Positions 25,451 to 38,800 of a stretch of 64,000 bases of DNA are shown here, one piece after another. The number at the start of each line of letters is the position of its first letter. The first letter of the stretch is position 1. Made by a program: the position numbers and the translations under genes. The stretch lies in contig CM060731.1 in assembly GCA_030704615.1 (NCBI GenBank), forward strand, positions 53,134,001 to 53,198,000, given 5' to 3'. Origin of the DNA: Takakia lepidozioides. Taxonomy: Eukaryota; Plantae; Bryophyta. Under the pieces are notes generated by a model. The model was not told the origin of the DNA. It ran no database searches and saw only the letters and a list, made by a program, of their open reading frames with translations.

Positions 25451-25959
25451 CCCATCCATGGCCACTCATGGCAGTTTAGCCATTTCTCCAAGGGGTTTAG
25501 CCACGCCACGCTAGGGTTTGTGTCTCTTGGACTCTAGGCTTCTTTGCACCGAGCTATGGCGGCTGTGAAGAAAACAGCAAGGTATTCTTGCTCTTTCGGC
25601 TCCCACACATCACCAATAGTAGCCCTAAGCCATGAGGAAGATGGTTGCCACAAACCAAGCCTTCTTTCTCACTTAGACTCCCCAAACATGCCACTAAACT
25701 CAATGGCAAACAACCAAGCCTTGCTGGTTTCCAGCCCTTGTGAGCACTCATTCAAGCGTTTCCCTTGGCCATAGCATCTATTTTAGAGCCTATTCCAGCC
25801 CCCTACACCTGCCATTTCAAGAGCCATGCTCTATCTAGGCTTGAGGTTGAAACCCCAACTCAGAACACGCTCTACAAGTGTCGGACTGTCACATAAGAGC
25901 AGATCAGCCCATTACCTTCTCTTCTAGTTCTCTAAAGCTTGAGAACAAAAGCCCAATGG

Positions 25960-26310
25960 ACTGAAGGCATGCTCCACACATGCCCCACTCTCACCACAAG
26001 AGAATCAGCCCCTTTGCTTCATTTCTTGCACCCACCAACCTGAAAATACAAGCTTCAGCGGGCTGGAAGCATGCTCCACACATGCCCAACATGGAAACCA
26101 GCCCCTTCCTTCCTTTCTTGCACTCCTAAACTTGAAAGTACAAGCCTTCAACAAGCCGAAAGCATGCTCCACACATGCATTGCCCTCACATAAGGGAAGT
26201 CAGCCCTTCCCTCTTCCTTGCTTGCCCTCCAAGCTTGAAGATGGAAGCTTCAATGAGCTGAATACATGCTCCACACATGCAACCTCTTCACACAAGAGGT
26301 ATCAGCCCCC
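25960..26310. repeat. About 4 x 100-bp tandem units with a CATGCTCCACACATGC core in the element's leader
   Basis: Core recurs near 25968, 26070, 26163 and 26266. Confidence 0.8.
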
Positions 26311-26998
26311 TATCTTGGCTCCTTGGCTCCTTGATGGCTCTCTAAGACAAGACTAAGCACTCCACAACCTTTGCCAAGCTCTTGAAACCCTAAGGCTTAC
26401 ATTTCCAGCCATAAGACACTCCTCTTGTGGTGCAAGAGCTCTTCTTCCAAGCTCTGAAACCCTAGGTGCACATTCCATGGCCTTGTCGCACCTCTTAGCT
26501 CCTGTTCCAGCCCTGCTCTTGCCATGACAAGAGCCCTCTCAATGCTGAAGCTCGAGATTGAAACCCACTCTCAACATACTCCAAAAAGCACTGATTTGCC
26601 CCAAGCCAAATCAGCCCTTTCGCTTGGTCTTGCAATCCTTCACACAATGAAAGCTCGCATTCCCAAGTCCAGTTCTCAGCTTTGCCACCAAAGCCACTAT
26701 AACCTGCTCTTGACTGGTCCTCTTCCCAATCATGCTTGCTCATGCATGTACACAATCTGAAACCATCAAGGTGCTCTGGAATTACCTGCAGCATGGTGCT
26801 TTCATCTCTGAAGCCGAAGATCGAATGCCAAAGTCTACCACCTCGCAACCCACATCGCCTCCGCTTCTAACAACCAAGAGCTCCACGGTGCTCCTTGCAT
26901 AACAACCTGGTTTTTCTCATTCTCAAGCAAAAACCATAAGTGCTACAACTAACTCGTATCTGGCACTCACAGATACAAGCTGATCTTTCTCGAGTGAA

Positions 26999-27322
26999 AA
27001 AGAAAAAGAATACAAGCACAAGCTCATGCGAGCTCACAAAGCTGAAGCATAAACTCATGCATATATAAACTCATCACTCAAATACAAGTCAAGCCAAGTG
27101 CACCCCACGCCATGGGGAATCCACACTACGGCGCCATAGCTAGGCGCGGTGAGGCTCAACTCGAGAAAGATGAGCCTCCCGCGCTGGCCACGAAGATAAC
27201 CACTCCAGGGCCTAAATCTGCCTTGACCCCTGGATTGACACTTGGGCCAATCCCAAATGTCAATATGTAAAAGCTAGTTATTTCCTAGCTAGTTTCACAC
27301 TAGTGGTAAAAAAAACTTGACA
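26999..27322 (-). repeat. Terminal repeat A1 (5' end of the DNMT element)
   Basis: Direct repeat of 17262-17584. Not followed by B or by a recognisable TGG-type tRNA primer-binding site. Confidence 0.95.
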
Positions 27323-30092
27323 TGGGCACTCAAGGGTGCTTCAGCCCCCGCATCTAGTGTCGCCACTGCCCCCACCACAGGGGCAGCCCCTCTCGTGTCC
27401 CGACCCCCTGCCCTCAAGGCAAAGGGCCGCGACACACACCCCTACCAACAGGTAGTCGATGTCCTCATCGACTTGTCTATTTTGTAGAAACGAACATCCA
27501 AGTTGTGGCGTCCCACATCAAGGAATTTGTTTCCACACCATGGCGTCCCATGGCTAAGAACCAAACCCCCACTTGACTCTACTCTCCACTAGCTAGTTCG
27601 GCCGACTTCCTCCAAGTCCCGGCCAAGGGTGGGGCCTCTCAAGCTCCTCCCAGTGCACTCTTCTTGACCCACTTCAGGGCCAAGGAACGATCCTCCCCGA
27701 GGATCGAATCGCCTTACTGCAACAACGTTTGTTTGCGACCGCTCGTGATGTCGCTTCTTGGCATCACCTTGAGCAAGGGTTTGCCTTGAACCCTATTTTA
27801 CTAGGAAGATAACCTTGAACCAACCATGCGCCCCAATCACTACAATTGGGTCCGCCTTGGAATGTTGGCCTGAGGTACGGGAACACGCCGAAGCCGCACT
27901 ACGACTTCGTCCCGAGGCTTCACGATTATAGTACGTGAACGGAAGTACGTAGCTTCCGCGTTAGTCTGCATTACAAGACAACCCCCTCGGTAGCGCAGTT
28001 ATAGTACGCGCACGCGCCAGGTGTGTACTAGCACGTGAACTCCCAACGAAGGTGCAAGTTTCCTTGCCCCTTGGGTGGGAGTCACCCGATTTCGGCACTA
28101 CACAAACACACGATTAATCCAATTTACCTCTCTCACTTTGTAAGCTTAGCATGCATTCTACACACTAGCCAACCATACCATGCATCACCATTCCAAACAA
28201 AATAAGACGCACAACATTTGGAAACCATTTCATTTATAACAAAATTTGTACAATACAAGTTTTTGCAATCGGATTCCTGAGCTAGCTAAGCCGGGCTAAG
28301 CATGCATTTCCTCCCCCACGCTCCAAGGTTGATGTCCCCATCAACGCTTCTTCCGCTTTTGAGGTCGCCCTTCGAAAGTTGCAACCGCCTCGGATGCGTT
28401 TCCCATTTCTGAGGCACGCACCCAAGATGCCTCCACATGATATAGCCCTTCCATGTCACGAGATACTCCGTTTCTCGATTCTTGAACCTCCTCGACTTAA
28501 GCACTGCTTCCACCTCGTACTCAGGTTCATTTTCATGATCCAACAGCATAGGTGGCGGACGCAACACCTGAGGCCGATTCGGACGCGCTTTATCTTTGAA
28601 GTAAGGCTTCAAAAAGGAGACGTGGAATACCGGATGCACCTTGCTGTTTGCCGGCAGCTCCAGTTCATACACATCCTCATTCATAACCTTCCGGATGCGA
28701 AAAGGTCCCGCATACGGAGGTACGAACTTCGGACTCACTTCCGGAGGTAGTCGAAAATTCTTGATGTTCAACCAGACCTCCGTGCCTGCCTCAAACTTAA
28801 CCTCCTTCCGCTTCTGATTCACTTGCCGTTCATACCGTTTCCTAGCTTTGGCAATGATGTACTTTGCGAGCTTCAACAAACGCTCGCGTTCTTGTAGCAC
28901 TGCCGTTGCTGCCGATTCCTCAACGTCTTGGGTGGCCCAACTTGTCGGCATCAGAGGTGTTTTTCCATAAACCAATACGAAGGGGGAAACTCCCGTTGCG
29001 GAATGTTTTGTGTTATTATAACAGAACTCTGTCGCATCCAAGTGCTCCACCCAGTCCGATTGGTCTGCCGACACATAATTCCGCAAGATCTGCTTCACCA
29101 CGGAATTCACCCTTTCTGTTTGGCCGTCCGTCGTAGGTCGGAAGGCGGTGCTCATTTTGAGCCTCGTCCCCATTTTCTTCCAAAGTGCCCTCCAAAACTT
29201 ACTTGTAAACTTTGGATCGCGGTCCGAGACAATATCCTTCGGGAGTCCATGATGCTTGAAGACGTGGGCGAAGTAAAGTCGCCCCGCCTCCTGCGCCGTT
29301 GCCATCTCCTTGGTGGGGATGAAATGGCCCATTTTACTGAACCTATCCACCACCACCATGATTGCATCGAATCCTTTTGACAGCGGCATAGCAGTCATGA
29401 AATCCATCGAGACACTTTCCCAAGACCCCTCTGGAATCGGCAAGGGTTGTAACAGCCCCGCTTACTTTTTGTACTCGCTCCGGTTTTGTTGGCATGTGGT
29501 GCATGTCTTGACATACTCCTCGGCCTCCTCCCTCAGTTTGGGCCAGAAATACTCTTTCTTCAAGAGTGCCGCGGTGCGCTTGGCTCCGCCGTGGTCCGCA
29601 AGCGGGCCATCATGGCATTCTCTCAAGAGACTATCTCTGATCCCTCCCTTTGGCACGTAGAGACATTTTTGCTTGTACCGGAGTAGTCCATTTTGCAAGT
29701 GGAACTGCAATTTAACCCCCATCCTCAAGTCCCGCATCACGGACTTCGTCATCTCATCCTTCCGGTAAGCCTTCCGGATCTTCCTCTGGAGCGCCGTCTC
29801 GCCCTTGTACACTAGCATGAGCTGCTGCTTTCTACTTAAAGCATCGGCCACCACATTGTCCCGTCCCGGTTTGTACTGGATATCCACGTCGAACACCGCC
29901 AAAGTGTCTTGCCACCTAAGTTGTTTTGGGGACAACTTAGGTTGCGTGGCAAAATATTTCACCGTGACATTGTCCGTGAACACCTTCACCGGGTTGGAAC
30001 CAACATAGTGGCACCAAAGCTCAAGGCAATGCACCACCGCTTTCATCTCTTTCTCATGCGTTGGCCACCGTCGCTCCACTTCATTTAGTTTT
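27323..30092 (-). mobile_element. 5'-truncated chromovirus Ty3/Gypsy: RNase H, integrase, chromodomain, PPT and start of 3' LTR
   Basis: ERRWPTHEKEMKAVVHCL (RH); ECHDGPLADHGG..CTTCQ; SVSMDFMT, IVSDRDPKFTSKFW, TDGQTERVN; YAGPF; chromodomain EYEVEAVLKSRR..EYLVTWKGY; PPT GGGGGAGGAAA just before TG at about 28306. Confidence 0.92.
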
Positions 30093-30097
30093 TAGCC

Positions 30098-30520
30098 CTG
30101 CCAGCCTCAAATTTGACAAAGATGTATTCCAGGGGAATGTTCATAATAACATCTGGTACAATTCTAGCTTTGATAATGTCACCATGAACCTCATTGCCCC
30201 TTCCCAGGGCTGCTAGGCTTGCATATGCATATTATAAACACAAATGAACATGGTTTGGCTTCATTCCTATCCACATCATTTGCTCTTAGGTTTCCAAAGC
30301 CTTAATGGATCCCATACCCATGCCGCACATACCTTGCAATCATGGCACTCCAAAACACCACATCTCGGTCAGCCATATTGTCGAACTCTTCTTTCACATC
30401 AGGCTTGCTGCACCCACATTTGACATACATGTCCACCAGGGCACAGTTCAGAATAACAACTGGTACAATTTCAGCTTTAACGATGGCACCATGGCCGAGA
30501 GATAGTGATCCCAATTTTTT
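30098..30520 (-). pseudogene. Degenerate PLS PPR fragment
   Basis: HGAIVKAEIVPVVILNCALVDMYVKCG..FDNMADRDVVFWSAMIARYVRHGYG, continuing with stops and frameshifts (..GNEVHGDIIKA..). Confidence 0.8.
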
Positions 30521-30764
30521 GCTACCAATGAGTTCAATGCATGAACATTTCCCAATTCCTTTCAGTGACAGAATGACAATTGTTGCTATTGCTGTTGCCC
30601 TCCCTTGGCTTCCTCGGCATAAGCAAGGGGAAGGAGACAGAAGAACTACTGCTCTCTCCCAACGCCTATATTGGCGGTCGGTTGAAGTTTATTAACAAAA
30701 ATAGCAACGGCCACCAAATGGCGGTCGCTTTATTTAAGAATACAAATTCAAATATTCGACCGCT

Positions 30765-31125
30765 GGGCTTTGTAGGGTGGATTCCTTTAGCAAAGGTGCC
30801 CTTGGCTTGACTTAGTTTATGTGATTGAGTGGATTCATGAGTGGAGTGTTTCCATTGTGTTCACTTTCATTATCACTACAAGAAGATGACCTTATGTTTG
30901 TGAGTGCGGAGTGTAAGGATTAGCTTAGCACTTGTGTTGGTGTACACCAAGGAGTAAGAGAGCTAGGAAAAGCTCAAGTATCTCAGGGTGTTTCAAGGTG
31001 TTGCAAGAAAATGTGCTTGGTGAAGTTGCATGCACCAAGGAATTGGAGAGCTAGTAGAATTTAGCTCTTGTTTCGCAAGGCTTGCAAGGCTTGCAAGGAA
31101 AGGTACTTGTGGTGTTACACCAATA
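30765..31125 (+). mobile_element. Fragment of an A-repeat/leader of the DNMT-element family
   Basis: Near-identical to 45074 onward (GGGCTTTGTAGGGTGGATTCC..GGTGCCCTTGGCTTGACTTAG) and similar to repeat A (GTAGTGTGGATTCCCC..GGGTGCACTTGGCTTGACTTG). Confidence 0.65.
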
Positions 31126-31130
31126 GCATC

Positions 31131-34100
31131 TGATCTATGCCCCTAATATTCCAAGACCTAAGTTAAAGGACATCAAAGTGGGGGTGAGGGCCCGAGAGAA
31201 CCTCTCGAAATGATGGCCCAGGAGAAGAGTGGATAGTGGTAGGTCCCCTATCACGGGGAGAGGAGGAGAGGATCCAACAGATTCCATTGGGGGGAGGTGC
31301 GGTTGAGAGAGATACGCTGGTCTGGTGAGCTTTATTGTTACGTAACCAAGCATGCAAGGGAAATAATATTTTGCGACTAAGCAAAAAAAAAAGACAGATC
31401 TGAGAAGGATGTAGATTATCTTTCTGTAGGCAAGGAAGAAAACCGTGTGGCTTAGCCAGAGCAGATTTAAAAGAGGGGGCTGGTGGGGGTTTGCCCAGAG
31501 GGAGCCACAACTTGAAACATGCCACCTACAAGGTATGAGCAGGCGGAGTGATGGAGTGATGGGGAGGCTTGCAAAGTAAACAAGGCTTACCCGAGAAGGG
31601 AGACCGTGATGGTTGTGGGCGAGGGAGCAGAGGGGGATCCGAGAGGAGCCTTCTTTCCCGCGCTAGCGTATGGCTGAAAGCCAACTTCCTTGGACTTGCG
31701 AGTAGCTGGTGATGATGCAGGCAACGCCCCAGAGCCAAATATGGCGTTGACAAGGGTGAAGCCTGCTCGCAGGACCTTGACGCTTCTGGCAAAACCTCCT
31801 GCTGACGGGAAGACCCCAGAGGGAGCATCGTTGCTATTGGGGTGGGATCCCCCGGGTCCCTCTTCTAGAGACTGAAGCGTAGCCCATGAATAGCGCTTGC
31901 ATTTAGGCCTTGTCAGTGACAATGTCCTCCCATTGAGGGCTAGCATAGTGTGCACCATGGAGGCAAAGTCGAACTCATCTGTGTTCTCCCAGAAGGCACC
32001 AAAGTGCATAGTAGTCTCGTTTGACGGATGGAATTGGAAAGGCTCCTCGGTGAAAATAGTTCCCACCAATTTGAGAGAAAGCTCAACAGCCTTGTTGTCT
32101 TTGCAATAAGTGGCATGGTGGGTGGTTACCCAAGATCCTGCCAGTCCTTCAGAGCCACTGGTCAGCATAATGGATGGGGGCTGATTGGGACCATCCAGAA
32201 GAGCGTAGATAATAGGAGGTGACCTTAATGACCGCAGATCAATTCCTTCTTACTGCATTTTTGGGAGACCAATCATAGAGCTTTAGATTATCAAAAGATC
32301 TGAGTTCAAGGCATCTAGTGGCTAGATTGATGTACGGGTCCTCAAGAGAGCAGGAGTAGGGACAAAAGTCAAAAGTTGCAGGGGGGTGATGAGTGGGAGG
32401 GCTTCCCTGAGCCAAAGCCGGCAGAATGATGCGTGGACGAGGGGGTGGGGATGAGACCGAGGGCGAGCCCGTCCGTTTTCGTTTTGCAAGACGTCCTTCC
32501 GAGAACATTGGGAGTGATGCTGCATCTGCACTGGCATCACGTGAGCGTGAAGGGGATGACACGGTTCCGGTGCACTTTGCGCTTTGGCATAAAGGTGTGG
32601 AGGTGGGCCGCTCAAGGTCCTTTGGTCGGAGATTTCCTTGCGCGGGTAGTCTGCAACAACATGCCCTTCCCCGTTGCATCCGAAGCATGTGATGCTTAGC
32701 TGCTTCTCTCTGATCTATACTGAGATGAAAGAGCTGTCAAGAGTAGGAAGTTTGATTGCATTCCCAATTTTTGCACTTTCCGGCATCATTACCACGATCT
32801 TTGGGACCCCCGAATCTTTGTTGGAGTCGAATAGGGAGGGCTCCTGATCAACGCTTAGCACTGCATCGTCAATGGGGTTGAATACATTTAAACTGCCAAT
32901 GTATGAGCCAAAGTGAGCTCCGATCTCCGGTAGGGAAGCCAGGTAGTTATTCGGAAGAAATGGCAGGGCGATTATCCGGGGCTTGTAGCTCCATCCTTGT
33001 GGCCCCATGCCGGCGACTAGGGGAAGATTTCACCTTGAATCTCGATTTGCGCATGTTGAACGCAAGCGCACGGTCTGCATCCTCATTTGTGCCAAATTTG
33101 ACAGAAAAAAACCCATGCCCATTGGGTGACAGTGGTGGTGCGTCAAACCACCTTCGGACCCCAGATGCTCGACAATCCACTTATGAGCCGAATCCGTATC
33201 CTTGGGCTTACGTGGGAAATACACCAAAAGTCCGTGCTGCATCATCTTTTGTGGAATGAGCTCTCAGGCATTCAAGGTCCAAAGAGATAACTTCCTGTGA
33301 ATCAGAGTTGGGAGCAACTGATTCTACCCAAGGGGCTATCTCCTGACTGGGTGAAGGTCCAAGGGCCACAGGGCCTTTTCCTAGAATAGAAGGGGCCTGG
33401 GCAGAGGAAGATGATCGAGGCACCCAGAAGCCTTTCCCTCGGGAGCTCAAGCCGGAGCCTGATCTTTTCTTGCAGGGGGCACCTCTGGAAGACATGAGGA
33501 AATAGCAGAAAAGAGGCATACTGAGAAAGCACTACACTTGAAAAAATAAACAGACAAGCAGCAGCAGTAGGGACTACAGGGAGCGATGAAGGAGAGGAGA
33601 AAGGAGCGGAAAGCGATGGAGCGATTGCACCTTATAAGGAATTAAGGGCAGCCAGCAGCGGAGGCCAATCTCAATATTGCCAGTGAAGCAAGGGCCCAAG
33701 GCGGCCAAAGAGGCTTGGAGCGACGATAAACCAAGAGATCCAAAATCAATGTGGAGTGAAGGGTTGAGCGGCGCAGTAAGGGGCGCAGATACCCAAGAAG
33801 AGCTTCGAGAGAAGGCCAGGTGAGATTGCAATCAAGGGGAACTCTGACAGAGGCCGAGGGGGGGAGACAACAAAGGGAGTTTAGCTGGGGGGGAAGTTTC
33901 AGCATGCCAGGTCGAAGACGGCGGAGTGAAAGTGAGGTGGTGGGGCTGACAGGGCGCCAAGAGGAGGTCTAGACATGCACGCGGGAGATCTTCACAGCAA
34001 CGGCAGAGCGATTAGAAGGGAGTGTGGCGTTGAGAAAAGGTGGCAGGACTGCAGTCCTGGAGGGCGACGTAGAATAATGAGCCGCCAAGAGTTGGAGCGG

Positions 34101-34277
34101 GGAGGGGGGAGGGACGGGGATCAAGCATGCACATTTAATTAGGATATGCATGCAGAGGGCCAGCAAAGCGTGGTTAGGCCGCTTGATGATTACTTAGAAA
34201 GCACAATGGCATGATTAAGACTTAGGTTAGGGGAGGTAGGGTTAGAGAGCCCGGAGTTCGCTCAGACCTAGCCTCCA
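31131..34277 (-). mobile_element. L1-like LINE, 5' part only (UTR, decayed ORF1, first codons of the ORF2 endonuclease)
   Basis: ORF1-like AHKWIVEHLG..HPMGMGFFSVKFGTNEDADRAL..NYLASLPEIGAHFG. APE endonuclease start SWNIRG at about 31157-31140, then abrupt truncation. Confidence 0.6.
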
Positions 34278-35199
34278 ATGAAATGTGGTACAATTGTTTT
34301 ACCTTGTCATTCTCTCCTCGGTAGGATTCCACTCAAGACTTCAGACCATCTCAAGTGTTCCTCTGAGATTCCACCCAGGTATTCCATTTCCCTGAGTTTC
34401 CCAGGTCATTTGAGGTGGACGGACTTGATTTTTCTCTTTCCAAGTCTAATTTTAAACTCAGTCATGACATCAGACCAGAGCACCTTTTGTAGGTGAAAAT
34501 TCATCAAAGTGATCCTTGGCCTTGGAATCCAAAAATGGTTGGTATCTGCAATTGGAGCGTTGGGCCTGGTTCAGAGGCCATTTGCATGAGACTTATTCAG
34601 CACATCGGCTGGGAAAAGAGATAGGCAACACTCCGGCTGGAGAGGAGATGTTGTGGATAGGAGATGTTGTGTGAGGAAGAAGTCCATTCTTGTCGCCATT
34701 CTTGCCAGCGATTTTTTGTCCATCCATTATTATAAGGAATAAAACCAAGGGGGGAATTCTGGTCCCACATGTCCCTTTTTTATTTTTTGTATTTTCTAAA
34801 ATATATTCTATACAATAAACAAGCCTCAAACAGCAATCGGCTCTCTTGCTTTGCTTTGGCACAACATAAGAGGAAGGTCAGACTAGGGAGCATGACTCAG
34901 CACAACACACCAATCAGCGCCTTGACATGGTGTAAGGTACTTTGACCACATTTTCTCCATTGACTTGCATGTCTCCGCAATGTCTCTCTCTACAAGAGAG
35001 CCAATAAATAAGGGTCCCAATTTGTGGCAGGTTTTCTTGCCAAGAAAACAAATCGCACACTTCGTGCATTCCAAGCAAACCTTGACGAAATAAAACCCCT
35101 AAGAGCCCTATGAACATCCATGTACTTTTGGATAATAGCCATCCATCCCCATCCATTTATCTTTACTAGGCTAGGTTCAAGCTGGGAGTGAGAGCTAAC

Positions 35200-35593
35200 G
35201 ACTGTTGGACTAGTACAAAACGTATCACAAAACTTTCATACCAGTCTGGTCTATATAATGGTGGATGTATTTTTCTCTAGATCCTAGTATGAGTATGAGT
35301 ATCGATGACCACAATACCAGCTGGTATGAGAGATCAACTCTGGTATCATTCCAAAGCCATCTTGATTTTCAAATAGCAAATGAATTGAAAACAAACAAAT
35401 ACACATAAAAAATAAGCATACATAAATACAAGTATGTAGACAATGTAAACATAAATTAATATAGTAAAAATTAAACAGGACACATACCAGAGTAAATGAG
35501 GAAGCCCGGGGGAATACTGGTATTGTTGCTGGTATGAAATAACTGATACCAGCCTTGGTCTGGTATGACTGTGCATATACCAGTCCAACACTG
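35200..35593. mobile_element. MITE-like element (hAT-type TIR) upstream of the SET gene
   Basis: TGTTGGACTAGTA ... TACCAGTCCAACA inverted ends; many internal ATACCAG/CTGGTAT subterminal motifs; AT-rich core. Confidence 0.5.
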
Positions 35594-35811
35594 GAGCGAA
35601 CCCTGAAAGCTCCGTGAACCCTACCTAGCTCAGCCCTAACCCTTATCTTACCAACGATCGTCCTCATAGAACTATCTGTAACATGAACTGATCTTTCTTC
35701 TCGGAATATGCACTTGTGTCTAAATGTCTGTTGAATTATAAATTTTGAAGCTCCTTGCTCCAACCTAGGCTTGTGTGCAATCTGTCTGTCAGCTTACGAG
35801 CAGAGCTGGTT

Positions 35812-38800
35812 ATGGAAGTTTCTGCATCACGGCTGGAAACGTTCCTCGCAGAGAATGGCCTCACTGTCTCGCTTTCACCTTCCAAGGGTCGGTGCTTGCT
35901 TGCGTCCAGACGCTTTCAACGTGGTCAGCACATATCCACACTCTTTATCTGTTCATAAATTCTTCTCCCTTCAGTTCTTTGTGGTGTGTGCACCATTTCG
36001 TTTGACAGGCAAACTGGATATTGCCCGTGTTGCCAAAACTTACATACTACTCTGAAAACGGCAGGCCATGATGACTTCTTACAGGAGCGGAACTGCTCGA
36101 GCAGGAGCCCTACGTTACAGTTTTGGATGCCAGCTCCCAGGAACAAAGATGTGACGGGTGCTACAGACTATCAGGCAATTTGAAGCGATGCTCTGCTTGC
36201 AAGAGTGTCTGGTATTGCTGCACTGCCTGCCAGGTAGATGCCACTTGCGTAGTCGACGGAAATTTTCGAATGCCACTTCTGTCTGATGATTTTGCATTCT
36301 TCCATTTTCTATGTATAGCATGAGCTTGGGAATGTATGAAATTGGTGGTAACTTGCATGCTGCATACCTGTCTTACCTACATGTTTGGAATCGCCAGAGA
36401 AAGGAGTGGAGATTGCACCAGGATGAGTGCAAAGCACTCGTTAGGATTTTCAAGGAAAAGCAGCGCACCCCAACCTCCTCCTTGCGGATGATGCTTCGGC
36501 TTTTGATCAAACGAAAACTGCAATCTGATGGGGTGCGGAGAATGGAAATCTTTCCTAGCTGTTATGCTTCTGTCTGTCTGTGCCTACAGCTGTTCTCCCT
36601 GATATTTGATTGCAAATTTTGCGATTTGTGCCACTCACACGTCGATGACTTGGGTGCCCACTCAATGCAAAGCAAGTTGTTTGGAGATTGGCACTGTTAT
36701 TTACTGATGATCTTGCTCTCAAAACCTTTGCAGGTTGTTTCCAGGACAGCAGTTGACTGCTATGAGCTTGTGGAGGCCCTGCCAACCCGTATCCTCTTTG
36801 AAGCTAGGCACGACATTAGGGAAGTGTAGAGTGTTGCGAGTTTCCTTAATCCCAGACCCTTTAGAATGTCTTTCCTAAGTTGAAAGTGTGACACCAACAG
36901 CATCTGTTGAAGAGTTTACCCTGCTGTCTTGGAGTGTGCTATTTAAGGAGCTTGCAATGATAAAGAGGTCCTACAACTTCTCTGGTTGCTGGTTTCACTT
37001 GTTTGACTCCATTCACCTCAGTTACTTTGCACGCAAATGGTGAGGAGAAGCAGCAGAATTGACCCTCTTGCAAATTTGCTGTTGCTGAACAAAGTTTCAA
37101 AGGTCTTCTTGACAACATCCAGACATGGCAGAGATGGGTGAAGAGCGCCTGGTGTTGTATGCACAGATGGCAAACTTGGTGGGAGTAATGGTGGCTTCAG
37201 ATGAGGTTGAAGTGAAAGATATCACAGAAAACTTTTGCAGGGTGAGCTTCTCTCTCTCTCTCTCTCTCTCGCTAAAAGGCTACGGCAAACAACGTCTTAT
37301 GAGTACAATCTCTCTCTCGCTAAACCCTTGTAGTGCGTATTCCCTATGTTTCTGTCCAAACTGGGCCTGGGGTCCATGGCCACAAGGCTACGGCAACCAA
37401 AGTCTTATGAGTACATTTTAAACCCTGCTGGGTGTCAACCCCACAAAAGACTCCAGAAGGGTGATATGTGTGATATCCGTACCGTGTTATATGTGGAGAA
37501 CACTACCGAAACAGAACTGACCTTTCTTTAGACATGTGGGGAACTTTGCGGGGCTTTTTCTCCAATTTGTGTGTGGAAAAGTCATGCACTGCTTCTCAAA
37601 GCTGGTACACTGGTAAAAATGTTTATGCAGTCCTACTTTATTTGGTGCAAATGAAGTCATAATTTGATTCCTGATTTGTTGTTTCCTATGTGGCGGCAGT
37701 TTGCATGCAATGCCCACACAATTTGCGATGAGGAGCTGAGGCCAGTGGGCACAGGCCTCTATCCAGTCATTTCTATTATTAATCACAGGTGGGTCACTGC
37801 CACCTTTACCTGTTTGAGGCCAATATTTCTTTCTAACTAGTTGTGTGTGTTGCAGAGATGTTATTGACATGGCACATGTATTGATGATATCTGGGACATC
37901 TGTGAATTTTGGGGTTTTTCTTATGCAGCTGTACACCAAATGCTGTGCTTCATTTTGACAACAAACATGCAGTCGTCCGGGCTTTGGAAGATATTGAAGA
38001 AGGGACAGAGGTAGGCTTGCACCTGTTTGTTTGTTACGCCCATGAGATCTACTTGTTAAACTTAGCTTGCCGCTTCCTTGTGGCGTAGACTGATGGTACA
38101 GTACAGATCACAAAGTGGGGAGGGCAAAATTGGGTGATACAACTGCCACCAAAGTCCTACATATTTAGTGTTGATTCTACCCTTTTGATTACCTCAAAGG
38201 CTCTTCACCAGAGCAGCATTCTCTCTTGTTTTTCATAGGAGAGGTAGAGAGGCTGCAATCTTGATATGAAAAGTTCTCTAGAACCTGGAATGTTTCTAGC
38301 TGAATTCCAGGGTGGCTGCAAGGGCAGGTGACAATCAGCTATGTGGAGTTAGCAGCAAGCACTGATGCTCGTCGCAAGGCTCTCAAGGATCAGTACTACT
38401 TTGATTGTGGATGTGACCGGTGCTGTCGTTTGGTAGCTTCTCCTCTTCACTTCCTTTTCTTAGTCATTTTGTCTTTATTTGAAGGAACACAGTTCATGCA
38501 TGCCTATGAGCACTTTGCACATGCTTGCTGTTCAAGAATGGCACTTTTTGACTTACGTGCAGAAGCTACAGGTAAGGGTAATGTTGGTAACCACAATGAT
38601 AATTTGGCATCGATTGGACATGGCCCTGGGTTGGTGCGAAAAGCTGTTCAGGGACTGAAAACATGGATGTCTGATTCTCTCACTTAGAACAAGCATTAGA
38701 GCACTCAACAAACATGTCATTCAATCCCAGGGTCTTGAGCCACCTGATCTTAGCCACTCCACCGGGAAGGACACTGAGAGTAAGAAATGCATAATCTTAG

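Larger units (their letters stand above)
17068..27322 (-). mobile_element. Ty3/Gypsy-like retrotransposon encoding a C5 DNA methyltransferase and a PHD finger, with split direct repeats; non-autonomous (RT/RH deleted)
   Basis: TGTC (17068) ... GACA (27322) termini; TSD TGGG at 17064-17067 and 27323-27326; gag, zinc knuckles, protease, DNMT, integrase and PHD collinear on the minus strand. Confidence 0.9.
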
